A DNA stretch of 64,000 bases from Desulfosudaceae bacterium (GTDB lineage Bacteria > Desulfobacterota > Desulfobacteria > Desulfobacterales > Desulfosudaceae): positions 2,624,001-2,688,000 of the forward strand of contig CAXXDV010000003.1 in assembly GCA_963674745.2 (NCBI GenBank), in the 5' to 3' direction. Both the position numbers and the translations under genes were made by a program. Below are positions 39,235-48,555 of the stretch, one piece after another. Every line of letters begins with the position of its first letter. Within the stretch, counting starts at the first letter, position 1. The notes beneath the pieces were generated by a model. That model did no database searches. It was given only the letters and a program-made list of their open reading frames with translations, and was not told the DNA's origin.

Positions 39235-39426
39235 ATGAAACTTTTCTTAAAACTACTGATATTGCTGGCGATATTGACGTTTTTAAACGGCTGTGTCCTG
39301 ACAAAGCTGATTACGGTTCCCTTGCGATTAACCGGGGCAGTCGTATCCATCGTGCCGATTGCCGGCAATACCGCCCATGATGCCATTGACAAGGCGGCGG
39401 AAATTGTAGACGACATCCCGATCTAA
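39235..39426 (+). CDS. Small lipoprotein (DUF6726-like)
   Basis: Lipobox LNGC followed by TKLITVPLR.TGAVVSIVP.AG..AH.AID..A..VD.IP. Confidence 0.75.
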   Translation: MKLFLKLLILLAILTFLNGCVLTKLITVPLRLTGAVVSIVPIAGNTAHDAIDKAAEIVDDIPI

Positions 39427-39456
39427 GAACCTTTGGGCTTTGATTGTTGGGTAATG

Positions 39457-42400
39457 TCACGATTTTATATACTCAAGGACAGGCCCAAACACATCCAGGG
39501 CGATTCGTTGAGACTTCTCGTCATTCAGTATGGTCTCGTCAAAACACCGGCTGATATGAACATCCTCGCCTTCTCCGGTGTGCCATTTACCCGGTCGCCA
39601 CTGGCCAGCGGCTGTTGATTTTGCCTTATCCAGGGGCTTGCCGGCGGCAATGCTTTCCGCCAGGGCATATGACGTCTCCGGGAAAAAGCATACCGGTTCA
39701 CTCAGCCCTTTGAAAAAAAGGTCTGCCAGCTCTGCCAGGTATGACCGTGCCACTTCTTCTGCCATTTCCGAGAATTCGATCACATCATCGGAGCCGACCA
39801 GACGGGTTATCCGGGCCGGCCGGTCTTTTCCCGTTGCATTCAACGCCAGATGATAGATCCAGGCGTTCAGAATATCCATGGCTTTGATTTTAGCACACCG
39901 GTAAAAGATCTGCCCGCCGGCATAAAGACTGTTCAGGGTCCCGCTGATGTTTGTGTTTCGGGCATCGTTCAACCGGCATTCGATATGTTCCGGTTCAGCC
40001 GGACCGCCTTCCAGAAACGGAGATATCTTTTCCATAAACACCCGCACCGACTGTTCGCATTTCGTCCAGGCGACTTCCCCCAGGCTGCCGTGCGGCAGTC
40101 TGCCCGAAGCCATTACGAGGTCAAATGCCGATTCCGTTTTCCCGCCGCGAACAAGTGTTTCGATCATGTCCTGCTTGATCATATAGGCCTGCAACGCATC
40201 CAGATCAAAAGGCTCCCTGTCGTCAACGCGCCCATCTGCTTCTGCCGCGAGGTTCAGGTTGAGACGGTTTTTCATGATAAAAGCAGCGGGGTTTTTAAAG
40301 AAGACCGCCAGGAGGTCAAGGGTAAGCGGCTGCCACATGCCGGCCGGTGGATCCGGTAACGGCTGATCAAAAAGACACGGTGGCGTAACTTTTGCTTCAA
40401 GGTTACGGCAGGCGGCGGCGCAATTTTCTTCCGAATAGCTGGAGAATCGACCGCTGTTTTGGAAATACCGGGCGGAAAACGGCTGCAGGGGATGACGGTT
40501 GATCACCTGTTGCAATACATGGTTGCCGTCTTCGGTGATAAACCGCTGCGACAGGTATTCCAAAAGCTCACTGACCGCTGAAGCGGGCGGCAGGGAGCTG
40601 TTCTCCCGAATATCCTGCCCGATATAACTGATGATCAGGGCTTTTCTGGCGGACAAAAGGCTTTCTAAAAACAGATAACGGTCTTCGAACATCTTGGAAA
40701 AATCACAGGGGCGGCGTCTTTTTTCCAGCAGGTCGAATCCGGGGCGGCGACCGGCCCTGGGGAAAGCCCCGTCATTCATGCCCAGCATGCCGACCACTTT
40801 AAAGGGTATGCTCCGCATGGGCAGAAGGGTACAGAACGTCACCCCATTACTGATAAACCCGGTTGTCCGGGACGTTCCGGCCAATCGCGCTTCCAGATAA
40901 TCACGCATGACATCCAGCGACACCGGGTCTTCGTATCCGGTTGTTTCCCGGATGCCGGACAACCCGTCGTCCAGAACCGTGCGGCGGATTTCCAGAATAT
41001 CGTTTGCCGCGGCGTCATTATCAGCCAGAAAAAACCCGGTCAGGATATCGTTCAGTACCATTATCCATTCCGGAACCGTTTTCGGGGCTTTCAATGACCG
41101 GCAGCGGTCAAAAAGCGTTCGGGCGAAGTGCGCCACTTTTCCCAGAACCAGAGTGTTTTCCGCTTCAAATTGTCCCCAGGGTAAAATACCGCCAAACATT
41201 TGTTCGTCCGGTGTCGGGAAAAGGGCATGCCCCAGAAGCATGCGGTCCAACCCGAAAGCCCAGGTATGCTCTTCAAAACCGGGCAATCCCAGGCCGCCCC
41301 GGTATTGACCGTCTATACCCCAGCGGATACCGACCGCCACCACCCAGTCTTTGACTCGATCAAGGTCGTGTTCATTAAGACCGAATCGATTGCGAACCGC
41401 CGGTTTGTCAAGCAGATCCAGAACATCAGGGGCACGATAGCGGTTACGATCCATGGAAAGGATGCTCAGCATCGCATCGGCAACATTGTTGGCCTGCCTG
41501 ACGGTGGCATCCGCAATGGAATAGGCGATCCGCTTTGCCGGGCTTTCCGGGTTGTCGAACACCGCCTGAATCAGCGGCGCGTAGGCTGAGACATCCGGCA
41601 TCATGACGACGATATCCCGGGGCTGAACGTCCGGATAAATTTCCATGGTCCTCAGCAACGTGTCATACAACACTTCCACTTCCCGGATCAGGCTATGGCA
41701 GGCATTGACCTGGATACTGGTATCGTTCGATAAAACCGGCTGCGGCTTTTCTAAACCCGTATCCACCAGGTTCAATATATCCGATTGGATGGTCGTCAAC
41801 ATATCACCGCATCCCGGGTCCTCAAACAGGTCCTCGCCGATATCGCCCACCCGGCCGAGCAGCAGGCTGAAAAACTCCCGTCCGGCGGTTCCCATCGAGG
41901 CCAGCAACCGGTTGCCTTCTTCCATATAGGCCGCCTCTTCGGGCACACCGTCGACGGTAAACCGTGCCAGTTCTTTCTGGCTGTAGACATATTCCCAGTA
42001 TTGACGGCAGGGATTCATGTAATACAGATCCATATCCGCCTGTCGCGCCATCCGGATAAACACATCGACATAATAGGGTGCCAGGGTAGATATACCAAAA
42101 ACAGATATCCTTGACGGCAGGCCGGGCAGAGGATCCGGTGATTGCATCAACCGCTGCTTTAACGCGGCCGGATCAAGGGCGCGCGTTTCCTCCGGACAGT
42201 TCTCAAGCAGGCGTCTCCACAGGATGGCCTGCCATCGGGCAGCTTCGTCTGTAAGCGGATTTTCGCCCCGGCTCCAGGCGAGGATGACATCCGGCCGCAA
42301 CAGGGCATACCTGGCCAGTGTTTCGGCGATCTGCCGGCCCAGCTGAAAAAGCTTCAAGCCCGAGGGATCACTTTCAAGATAATGGCTGAGGCTGCTGAAG

Positions 42401-42720
42401 GAGCGTTCATCAAGAAGGCCCGGCAAAACCTTCATGACAGACCAGGTCAATGCTTCCGTAGAAAAATAAGCCGTGCTTTGGGCGTTTAAAGCGTCTTTGA
42501 AAACCTTATGTACCAGGGTCTTGGGGAACATAAAGGCGACATTGGCAAAAATACCATGGGTATCTGCCAATTGAAGGCTCAACCATTTCTGCATGCCATC
42601 GCTCTGGACGACGATCAGTTCCTGCTGCAGCGGCGGCAGGGGCCGATCTTTCATCCGCCCGGCCAATGCCTCTTTTAAATGTTCCAGTCGGTTGCTGGTA
42701 AATAAATGTAACCCCGCCAT
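39457..42720 (-). CDS. recC: Exodeoxyribonuclease V gamma subunit
   Basis: SNRLEHL, VQSDGMQKWL, NPCRQYW, LLASMG, HSLIREVEVL, TLLPMRSIPFKVV, DRYLFLESLLSAR, HPLQPFS. Confidence 0.95.
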   Translation of the reverse strand: MAGLHLFTSNRLEHLKEALAGRMKDRPLPPLQQELIVVQSDGMQKWLSLQLADTHGIFANVAFMFPKTLVHKVFKDALNAQSTAYFSTEALTWSVMKVLPGLLDERSFSSLSHYLESDPSGLKLFQLGRQIAETLARYALLRPDVILAWSRGENPLTDEAARWQAILWRRLLENCPEETRALDPAALKQRLMQSPDPLPGLPSRISVFGISTLAPYYVDVFIRMARQADMDLYYMNPCRQYWEYVYSQKELARFTVDGVPEEAAYMEEGNRLLASMGTAGREFFSLLLGRVGDIGEDLFEDPGCGDMLTTIQSDILNLVDTGLEKPQPVLSNDTSIQVNACHSLIREVEVLYDTLLRTMEIYPDVQPRDIVVMMPDVSAYAPLIQAVFDNPESPAKRIAYSIADATVRQANNVADAMLSILSMDRNRYRAPDVLDLLDKPAVRNRFGLNEHDLDRVKDWVVAVGIRWGIDGQYRGGLGLPGFEEHTWAFGLDRMLLGHALFPTPDEQMFGGILPWGQFEAENTLVLGKVAHFARTLFDRCRSLKAPKTVPEWIMVLNDILTGFFLADNDAAANDILEIRRTVLDDGLSGIRETTGYEDPVSLDVMRDYLEARLAGTSRTTGFISNGVTFCTLLPMRSIPFKVVGMLGMNDGAFPRAGRRPGFDLLEKRRRPCDFSKMFEDRYLFLESLLSARKALIISYIGQDIRENSSLPPASAVSELLEYLSQRFITEDGNHVLQQVINRHPLQPFSARYFQNSGRFSSYSEENCAAACRNLEAKVTPPCLFDQPLPDPPAGMWQPLTLDLLAVFFKNPAAFIMKNRLNLNLAAEADGRVDDREPFDLDALQAYMIKQDMIETLVRGGKTESAFDLVMASGRLPHGSLGEVAWTKCEQSVRVFMEKISPFLEGGPAEPEHIECRLNDARNTNISGTLNSLYAGGQIFYRCAKIKAMDILNAWIYHLALNATGKDRPARITRLVGSDDVIEFSEMAEEVARSYLAELADLFFKGLSEPVCFFPETSYALAESIAAGKPLDKAKSTAAGQWRPGKWHTGEGEDVHISRCFDETILNDEKSQRIALDVFGPVLEYIKS

Positions 42721-42813
42721 CAAGCCCTTCCCCGGAATAGCCGAATGCGTCCCGGTGAGGCATCAAACGCCCGCTTTTGATTTCCGTTAACCAATGGTCG
42801 TTTTCGTCCTTAA

Positions 42814-42885
42814 CCCGGACATTTCACCCTTCGGGCGTGTCACCCTGAAGGTTTCTGCTGTGTTGCAGGCCGCTCACGGATGCTG
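42814..42885 (+). repeat. Dispersed intergenic repeat, inverted relative to the copy at 46425-46535
   Basis: cccggacatttcacccttcggg (42814-42835) and ctgctgtgttgcaggccgct (42855-42874). Confidence 0.8.
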
Positions 42886-42906
42886 CATACCTCTTTTCAA
42901 AAAATG

Positions 42907-44406
42907 TTATGTCGCGGGCCGGGCACGGCCTTCAGCCCATTTTCTCAGTTCCGCGATCGATTCCTGGTAGGTCACGGCAAGCGGAACCGTTTCTTCGATT
43001 TCCTGTAGAATGTCATCGTTGTGAAGATCTCTGCCTTCTGCAAAAGCGTGGTAGAGGCCGGAAATAATCAGCTGCTCGATTTCCGCGCCGGTAAAGCTCT
43101 CTGATTTTTTCGTAAACAACGCGATATCAAAAGATTCCGGCCGGCGTTTTCGTTTGCTGATATGAATTTTAAAGATGCTTTCTCTTTCCTGCGCATTGGG
43201 CAGATCAATAAAAAATATTTCGTCAAACCGCCCTTTTCTCAAAAGTTCCGGCGGGAGGTTCCGGATATTATTGGCGGTGGCGATCACAAACACAGGGACC
43301 GTTTTTTCCTGCATCCATGTCAGAAATGTGCCGAAGACCCTGGCGGAAGCCCCGGAATCGGCGGAATGTTGAGACCCCATGCCGGAAAAAGCCTTGTCTA
43401 TTTCATCCATCCAGAGGATGTTCGGGGACAGCGCTTCAGCGACCTTGATGGCCTCCCGGATATTTTTTTCAGAGGACCCCAGGTAGGCGTCGAAGATTTT
43501 GCCGACATCCAGTTTTAACAACGGCAGGTTCCAGAGGGTGGCGGTAACCTTTGCGGCCAGAGATTTGCCGCACCCCTGGACGCCCAGCAGCATCAGCCCT
43601 TTCGGCTCGGGAAGACCGAAGTCCCGTGCTTTCCGGGAAAAAGCCAGACCGCGTTTCTCCAGCCATACTTTCAGCCTGTCCAGCCCCCCGACCGAGCCGA
43701 TATGTTCTGAAAAGTCATAGTACTCGAGAAGCCCGGATTTGCGGATAAGTTTTTTCTTTTCAGCCACGACCACCGGCAAATCCCTTTCGTCAAAGGCCTT
43801 ATCGTTAACCACCAGCTTGGCATACAGATTTTCGACCTCGCTTTCGGTAAGCCCGCGTGAAGCGTTAATAATCTTTTCGATCAACTGCTCGTCAAAATCG
43901 GCCGTGATTTTTCCGGCCTTTTGTAAGGGTTTGACGATCTGGGCCAGGATAGCCCTTAATTCGTCCGGGGAAGGAAGCGGGATATCAACCGGGGTAATAC
44001 TTTTTTCAAGCCCCGGCGGCAAAACCAGTACCGGCGAAACAATAAAAAGTGTCTTATAACTTTTCTTCAGGTCTGCCACAATATCCCGGAGTTTCCTGAT
44101 AATGTCCGGATCTTCAAGATAGGCATGAAAATCTTTCAGGATGAACAACCCCGGTTCAGTATAGTTTAAAATCGTATCAAGTGCTTTTTCCGGCGTTTTA
44201 CTGTTCCCGAATTTATCGGACGTATAAAACCCCCGGGTAACGCTCCAGAAAAAACACTTTTTTTTCGCAGCTTCAGCCGCCTGCATGATCAGTCGCTCTG
44301 CCCTGCTTTCTTCTGAAGTTACAAGATAAATAAGCGGGTACCGCGATTTGATATAAAGTATAATCTCCTCAAGCAGTTCTTTCATAAAAAGCTCCTCGAA
44401 AATCAT
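42907..44406 (-). CDS. Ycf46-like AAA+ ATPase
   Basis: N-terminal degenerate domain (ILKDFH); GGLDRLKVWL; Walker A GVQGCGKS; Walker B WMDEIDK; LPPELLRKGRFDEIFFIDLP. Confidence 0.9.
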   Translation of the reverse strand: MIFEELFMKELLEEIILYIKSRYPLIYLVTSEESRAERLIMQAAEAAKKKCFFWSVTRGFYTSDKFGNSKTPEKALDTILNYTEPGLFILKDFHAYLEDPDIIRKLRDIVADLKKSYKTLFIVSPVLVLPPGLEKSITPVDIPLPSPDELRAILAQIVKPLQKAGKITADFDEQLIEKIINASRGLTESEVENLYAKLVVNDKAFDERDLPVVVAEKKKLIRKSGLLEYYDFSEHIGSVGGLDRLKVWLEKRGLAFSRKARDFGLPEPKGLMLLGVQGCGKSLAAKVTATLWNLPLLKLDVGKIFDAYLGSSEKNIREAIKVAEALSPNILWMDEIDKAFSGMGSQHSADSGASARVFGTFLTWMQEKTVPVFVIATANNIRNLPPELLRKGRFDEIFFIDLPNAQERESIFKIHISKRKRRPESFDIALFTKKSESFTGAEIEQLIISGLYHAFAEGRDLHNDDILQEIEETVPLAVTYQESIAELRKWAEGRARPAT

Positions 44407-46301
44407 AATTCCAGGTACCGGGAAAAATGAGGCTGGTGCCCTGTTGGTTTTTCATTCAACGGGATATAACGCAGGCTGTCACGAAAAAGCAAGACCAGTC
44501 CGTTTGCCGTCAACGCCCATTCATTTAAAGATGCCTTCATTTGATATCGCCATAGCGGTTGTTCATTTTCATAACAGATAATCATGCCCTGACGACTTAT
44601 TATTTCATAGACATTGTCATGGTCGGCAAAAAAAAGCGCGTCCGAAGATCTGGTATTACGAACAGCCAGGACAGAAAGATTATTATCCATCCGGTAAAGC
44701 TTTTCTTTGCCAAGAGCCAGAACAGGATCAAGGGAAATCAGCGTCAGGTCCTCATCCGCGTTACTGATCACCGTTTTTTTTCTGTTTCCGCTGATCGTGT
44801 TGATCAAAAATACCGTTGCCGAACGGTTCAACACCCCTCCCAGTTGATCATTACCGAACATCAACCCGTGGGCACCTCCGCTGGCCTTGAATTTATACGT
44901 CACTTCCCCGAACGCGGAATATCCGGTCATGCCCCGGGTATGGGCAACCATAATTCCGGCCGCCTCGCATGAAATGCCGTCTGTTACCTCTCCGGCACAA
45001 TCGGAATCAAGCGGCATGATTTTTTCTATTGTTCCGTCAAACTCCTGTATAATCAGCCTGTGATCTCGTGTTATCAGGAATATTTTCTGATGATGATAAT
45101 TAACAATCGGCCGGCGATAATAGGGATGCTCGTTTAAAATGAGTTTCGATTTCTTGTGCCCGATATCCACGATCGATATTTGCGCGCCACCGCAGATATA
45201 CCCGAAAGATTCGTCATCGCTGATTCCGATCGCATTCGCGGGAGATGACAGACCGGCCTCAAACCGAACCTTACCCGTCTCATCCAGAAAATGCACATTC
45301 CCGTTCCGGCCGATCAACCCCATCAAGGACCCCGAACGATTAACCGTCAATCTGCGCAGATCAAAACGCGGCATTTCAAAACCAGGTGACTTTTCCCAGG
45401 CAGGTACCATATCCTCAACCCGCCTGTTCTCATCGAGCTCGTAAAAATCTCCGGTCGTGGTTCCGTCAGCTGTGACCAGGTAGCACGTCAGGATACCTTC
45501 ATCATCAACTATGAAATAACGACTGTTATCATGTGAAATGCCCATCCGGGAGACAGTGTGGCTGATGAACGTATGAACCAGAGAATTATACCCGCTGTCA
45601 AATAAATTCAGATAATGATTCCCGTCCAGAACCAGTAAAAACCGCCCGTCGGGTGAAAGTGAGAACTGTGCGGCCGCCGTATCCAGATTCAGCAGATAAA
45701 AACCATCACCGCCGGCGTCGAACCGCACCAGGTCTCCGGACTGGTTCTTATAATAGCTGTAGCATCCACCGGTCATCATCATATTTTCGGAAACATTAAT
45801 CCCGTATGCTTCCCATTCGATCTCACCCCGTATATCCGTGCAGACCAGACAATGATTCTGCAGATACGCGATAATATTTTCCGTCCCGGGAAAAACGCCG
45901 AAACACCGGACCAGATCATCAAAAACAATTTTCTCCCGCGTTGTCCCACCCGGCGTGATCACCGCAACCTCACGCATATATCCGCCCAGGACGGCACAAT
46001 TTTTATACAGTTCCAGAAGACGGAATCTTTCATCAACCGGGATTTCGCGCCGTTGCCTGGTCCACAGGTCAAAGTAAAACAGTTGGCCTTCCCCCAGAAG
46101 CGCGAGCGTTGTCCCTTCGGCGTTGACCCTGAACGTCAACGGCCGGAAGGGGATCGGATCTTCCCATTCGATTCGGCCTTCGGATGACAGGAATTGCAAC
46201 CGGCCGTCATTCAAAAGAACAATTATCCCGTTGGTCGTAGGATGAAATTCAGCCCATATTACCTGATTGCCGGTTGGAACCTGAAAAATGGATGATGTCA
46301 T
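44403..46301 (-). CDS. Large WD40/YVTN-like beta-propeller protein
   Basis: Repeated strand units (FHPTTNGII, VNAEGTTLA, LSPDGRFLL, ISHDNSRYF, VNRSGSLMG, ISDDESFGY); no signal peptide; overlaps the ATPase ORF start. Confidence 0.65.
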   Translation of the reverse strand: MTSSIFQVPTGNQVIWAEFHPTTNGIIVLLNDGRLQFLSSEGRIEWEDPIPFRPLTFRVNAEGTTLALLGEGQLFYFDLWTRQRREIPVDERFRLLELYKNCAVLGGYMREVAVITPGGTTREKIVFDDLVRCFGVFPGTENIIAYLQNHCLVCTDIRGEIEWEAYGINVSENMMMTGGCYSYYKNQSGDLVRFDAGGDGFYLLNLDTAAAQFSLSPDGRFLLVLDGNHYLNLFDSGYNSLVHTFISHTVSRMGISHDNSRYFIVDDEGILTCYLVTADGTTTGDFYELDENRRVEDMVPAWEKSPGFEMPRFDLRRLTVNRSGSLMGLIGRNGNVHFLDETGKVRFEAGLSSPANAIGISDDESFGYICGGAQISIVDIGHKKSKLILNEHPYYRRPIVNYHHQKIFLITRDHRLIIQEFDGTIEKIMPLDSDCAGEVTDGISCEAAGIMVAHTRGMTGYSAFGEVTYKFKASGGAHGLMFGNDQLGGVLNRSATVFLINTISGNRKKTVISNADEDLTLISLDPVLALGKEKLYRMDNNLSVLAVRNTRSSDALFFADHDNVYEIISRQGMIICYENEQPLWRYQMKASLNEWALTANGLVLLFRDSLRYIPLNEKPTGHQPHFSRYLEL

Positions 46302-46424
46302 TTGACCGACAATATAGCAGTACCGTATTTAAAATTCAATTTTTCCAAAAGCACGTCCAGCCATGGAAATTGTGTAGTTGGATTGCCGATAAAAGCATGC
46401 AGGAAAAGTGGATTTCCTTTCATC

Positions 46425-46535
46425 AGGCGGCCACAGGGGGCCGTCCTTACAACATTCGCAAGCGGCCTGCCACACAGCAGTAAGGGCATCCCCCGGGATG
46501 CCCCTGCGTCTTACCCAAAGGGTGAAATATTCGGG
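46425..46535 (-). repeat. Dispersed intergenic repeat with a 20-bp perfect palindrome and a degenerate REP
   Basis: Reverse complement reads cccgaatatttcaccctttggg...gggcatccccggggatgccc...ctgctgtgtggcaggccgcttgcgaatgttgtaaggacggccccctgtggccgcc. Confidence 0.8.
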
Positions 46536-46544
46536 CACGAGATA

Positions 46545-46889
46545 CTAATCATCCAGTTTCTGTAACGGCCTGGGGAATCCCAGCTTGGCAGCCGCCTTGT
46601 ATTTACTTAAAACATAAGGCTCATAAACCGTTGGATCGGCCTGGAATTGGCTTAAGACTCGGTCTGCTTCCTGCCGTCTTTTACTCTCAATCCACTTTTT
46701 CCAATCATCAACGGAGTCCCAGGTGCTGATCACCATCACTTTGTTCGTATCCTCGATACAGATCAGGGTTTCACCTGAAATATACCCTTCCTTGTGCATG
46801 GCATTGGCCCGAAGATTTCTGAGTGCCTCGAAGAATGCTTTTTCCTTGCCTTCCGCAATCGTCCTTTTGATAACGACTTTTAAAATCAT
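46545..46889 (-). CDS. ABM (antibiotic biosynthesis monooxygenase-fold) protein
   Basis: GYISGETL, VISTWDSVDDWKKW..S..R; AGGGGG RBS. Confidence 0.85.
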   Translation of the reverse strand: MILKVVIKRTIAEGKEKAFFEALRNLRANAMHKEGYISGETLICIEDTNKVMVISTWDSVDDWKKWIESKRRQEADRVLSQFQADPTVYEPYVLSKYKAAAKLGFPRPLQKLDD

Positions 46890-47121
46890 GCCATCCCCCT
46901 TTCTGTTTTGGTTAATAATGATGCTGCATCCAAATTTATGATTACAACCTGTTACAACAGGCCGTGCTGATCAATCCGGTTCAGCCGACAGCATCTCCTG
47001 AAGGGCTGGATTCGATTTAAGCTGAGCAGTTACGCCGTAGGGCAGGAAAAAGAGATGTTAAATTTATAGCAAAAACGGCCTTTTAAGTCAATGTTATTCC
47101 GATTATAAAGACGAAATAATA

Positions 47122-47150
47122 TTGACGCATACACCCGTCCTTGTTATAGA
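47122..47150 (+). promoter_or_regulatory. Putative sigma70 promoter
   Basis: TTGACG (47122-47127), 17-bp spacer, TATAGA (47145-47150) preceded by TGn. Confidence 0.55.
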
Positions 47151-47289
47151 TTTCGGTCAGGGGAAGGATTTATTATCGCTATCTTTATATTTAAAATTAT
47201 TCACCACATCAAGACCGCACAAGGAGATCGTGCCCCCTTATCCACGGCCTGTTTCGTGAATTGATTTAAACGATTTGAGGGAGTTCAAA

Positions 47290-48483
47290 ATGGTTAAGGC
47301 AAAACTGCTTGCATTAATTGTTATCACTGCAATGGTTTGGGGTTGTGGTGAAAGTGCCGAAGAAAGACGTCTTGAAGAAGAACGCCTCATTGACGAGGTT
47401 GTGATATTGAAGTCAATTGCGGCCGCAAAAGAATATATTAATCGTTATCCCGATGGGGAAAAAGCCGATTTTTGCAAAAACATAATCAATGAAGATGCCG
47501 CCTTTAGCAATGCTTCAAACGCAGGAACGCTTGAGCCCCTGATAAAATATCTGGATATGTACCCGTCAGGATTCCATGCCGAGGAAGCCAATGAAAGCAT
47601 ACAACAGATAATGTTTTCAATCGGCGATCGAGATATCGCCATAACCGAGCAGAAAAAAATCCTGGAAGACTACCTTCGGCTTGCCCCTGACGGAAAGTTT
47701 AGCGCACGGGCCGCCAGTGCCATCGACAATATCCGCTGGCTGGAGACCTGTTGCCAGGATAACGCTGTCGCTTATATCAACTACATGGGGAAAGGGGGGA
47801 AATACGACACTGACGCGAGCCTGCGGATCAAGGAAAAAGATGGACGCCCTGAGCTTCAAGAGCTGCGCCTGGGCATGACGGCTGACGAGGTAGAAAAAAT
47901 TTTAGGGCCCCATTTATATGAATCAAGACTGTTTTCGGATGTCGGCGGAATAAGTCAATATGGTTCCTTTTACGCCATGAAGTATCCTGAAGCAGGTGTT
48001 CATTGCCATGTTCGCAACCATTCAGGACGAAAACTGGTTTATGAACTCCATCTGTACGAACCGTTCTCTTCATTCTACAATGGAATAAACATCGGTATGC
48101 CATTGGAAAAGATCAGGGGAATGTTCCCAGAGGCTACAACGGAAACCAGCCTTAGTGACAAGAAGGCTTATCTTTTCAAAGGTAATCAGCGTACGCTCTA
48201 TGTCGGGCTTTCCCGTTCACCGGGCATCAGTACTCCGCCCCGTTACTTGAGAGTAACAACAGACAAGGGGCAACTTTACTTCCCGCAATATTCATACAAC
48301 GCAAGTAGGGCGCTCCCATATATTGACGGTACACTGATGTTGAACCGCTGGAACGCTGATCGTGTTCTAAGCGGTAAAAAGCTGTATGCCAGAATGAACT
48401 ACGAGAAGGACAGCGTGATCAGTATCCATAATACGTCCGACAGTCTTCGTGGTGGTTTCATGATATTCCAATCCCCCAAATAG
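47290..48483 (+). CDS. Hypothetical lipoprotein with Y...YP.G.. helical repeats
   Basis: Lipobox VWGC; repeats YINRYPDG, YLDMYPSG, YLRLAPDG; GGAG RBS. Confidence 0.65.
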   Translation: MVKAKLLALIVITAMVWGCGESAEERRLEEERLIDEVVILKSIAAAKEYINRYPDGEKADFCKNIINEDAAFSNASNAGTLEPLIKYLDMYPSGFHAEEANESIQQIMFSIGDRDIAITEQKKILEDYLRLAPDGKFSARAASAIDNIRWLETCCQDNAVAYINYMGKGGKYDTDASLRIKEKDGRPELQELRLGMTADEVEKILGPHLYESRLFSDVGGISQYGSFYAMKYPEAGVHCHVRNHSGRKLVYELHLYEPFSSFYNGINIGMPLEKIRGMFPEATTETSLSDKKAYLFKGNQRTLYVGLSRSPGISTPPRYLRVTTDKGQLYFPQYSYNASRALPYIDGTLMLNRWNADRVLSGKKLYARMNYEKDSVISIHNTSDSLRGGFMIFQSPK

Positions 48484-48555
48484 CTTGGCGAGACGAAGGC
48501 CTGTGCCGATTGTTAAATGCCCCGCTGCAAGCGTGGGTGTCAGTGTTTGAAAAAT

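Noticed and set aside
46274..46565. Several 60-90-aa ORFs upstream of the propeller gene
   Set aside because: They overlie the palindromic repeat element and lack convincing RBS or motifs.
46930..47060. Possible riboswitch or sRNA upstream of the ABM gene (also 4320-4400)
   Set aside because: Some pairing potential, but I could not match it to a known RNA family by eye; an Rfam/Infernal scan would decide.
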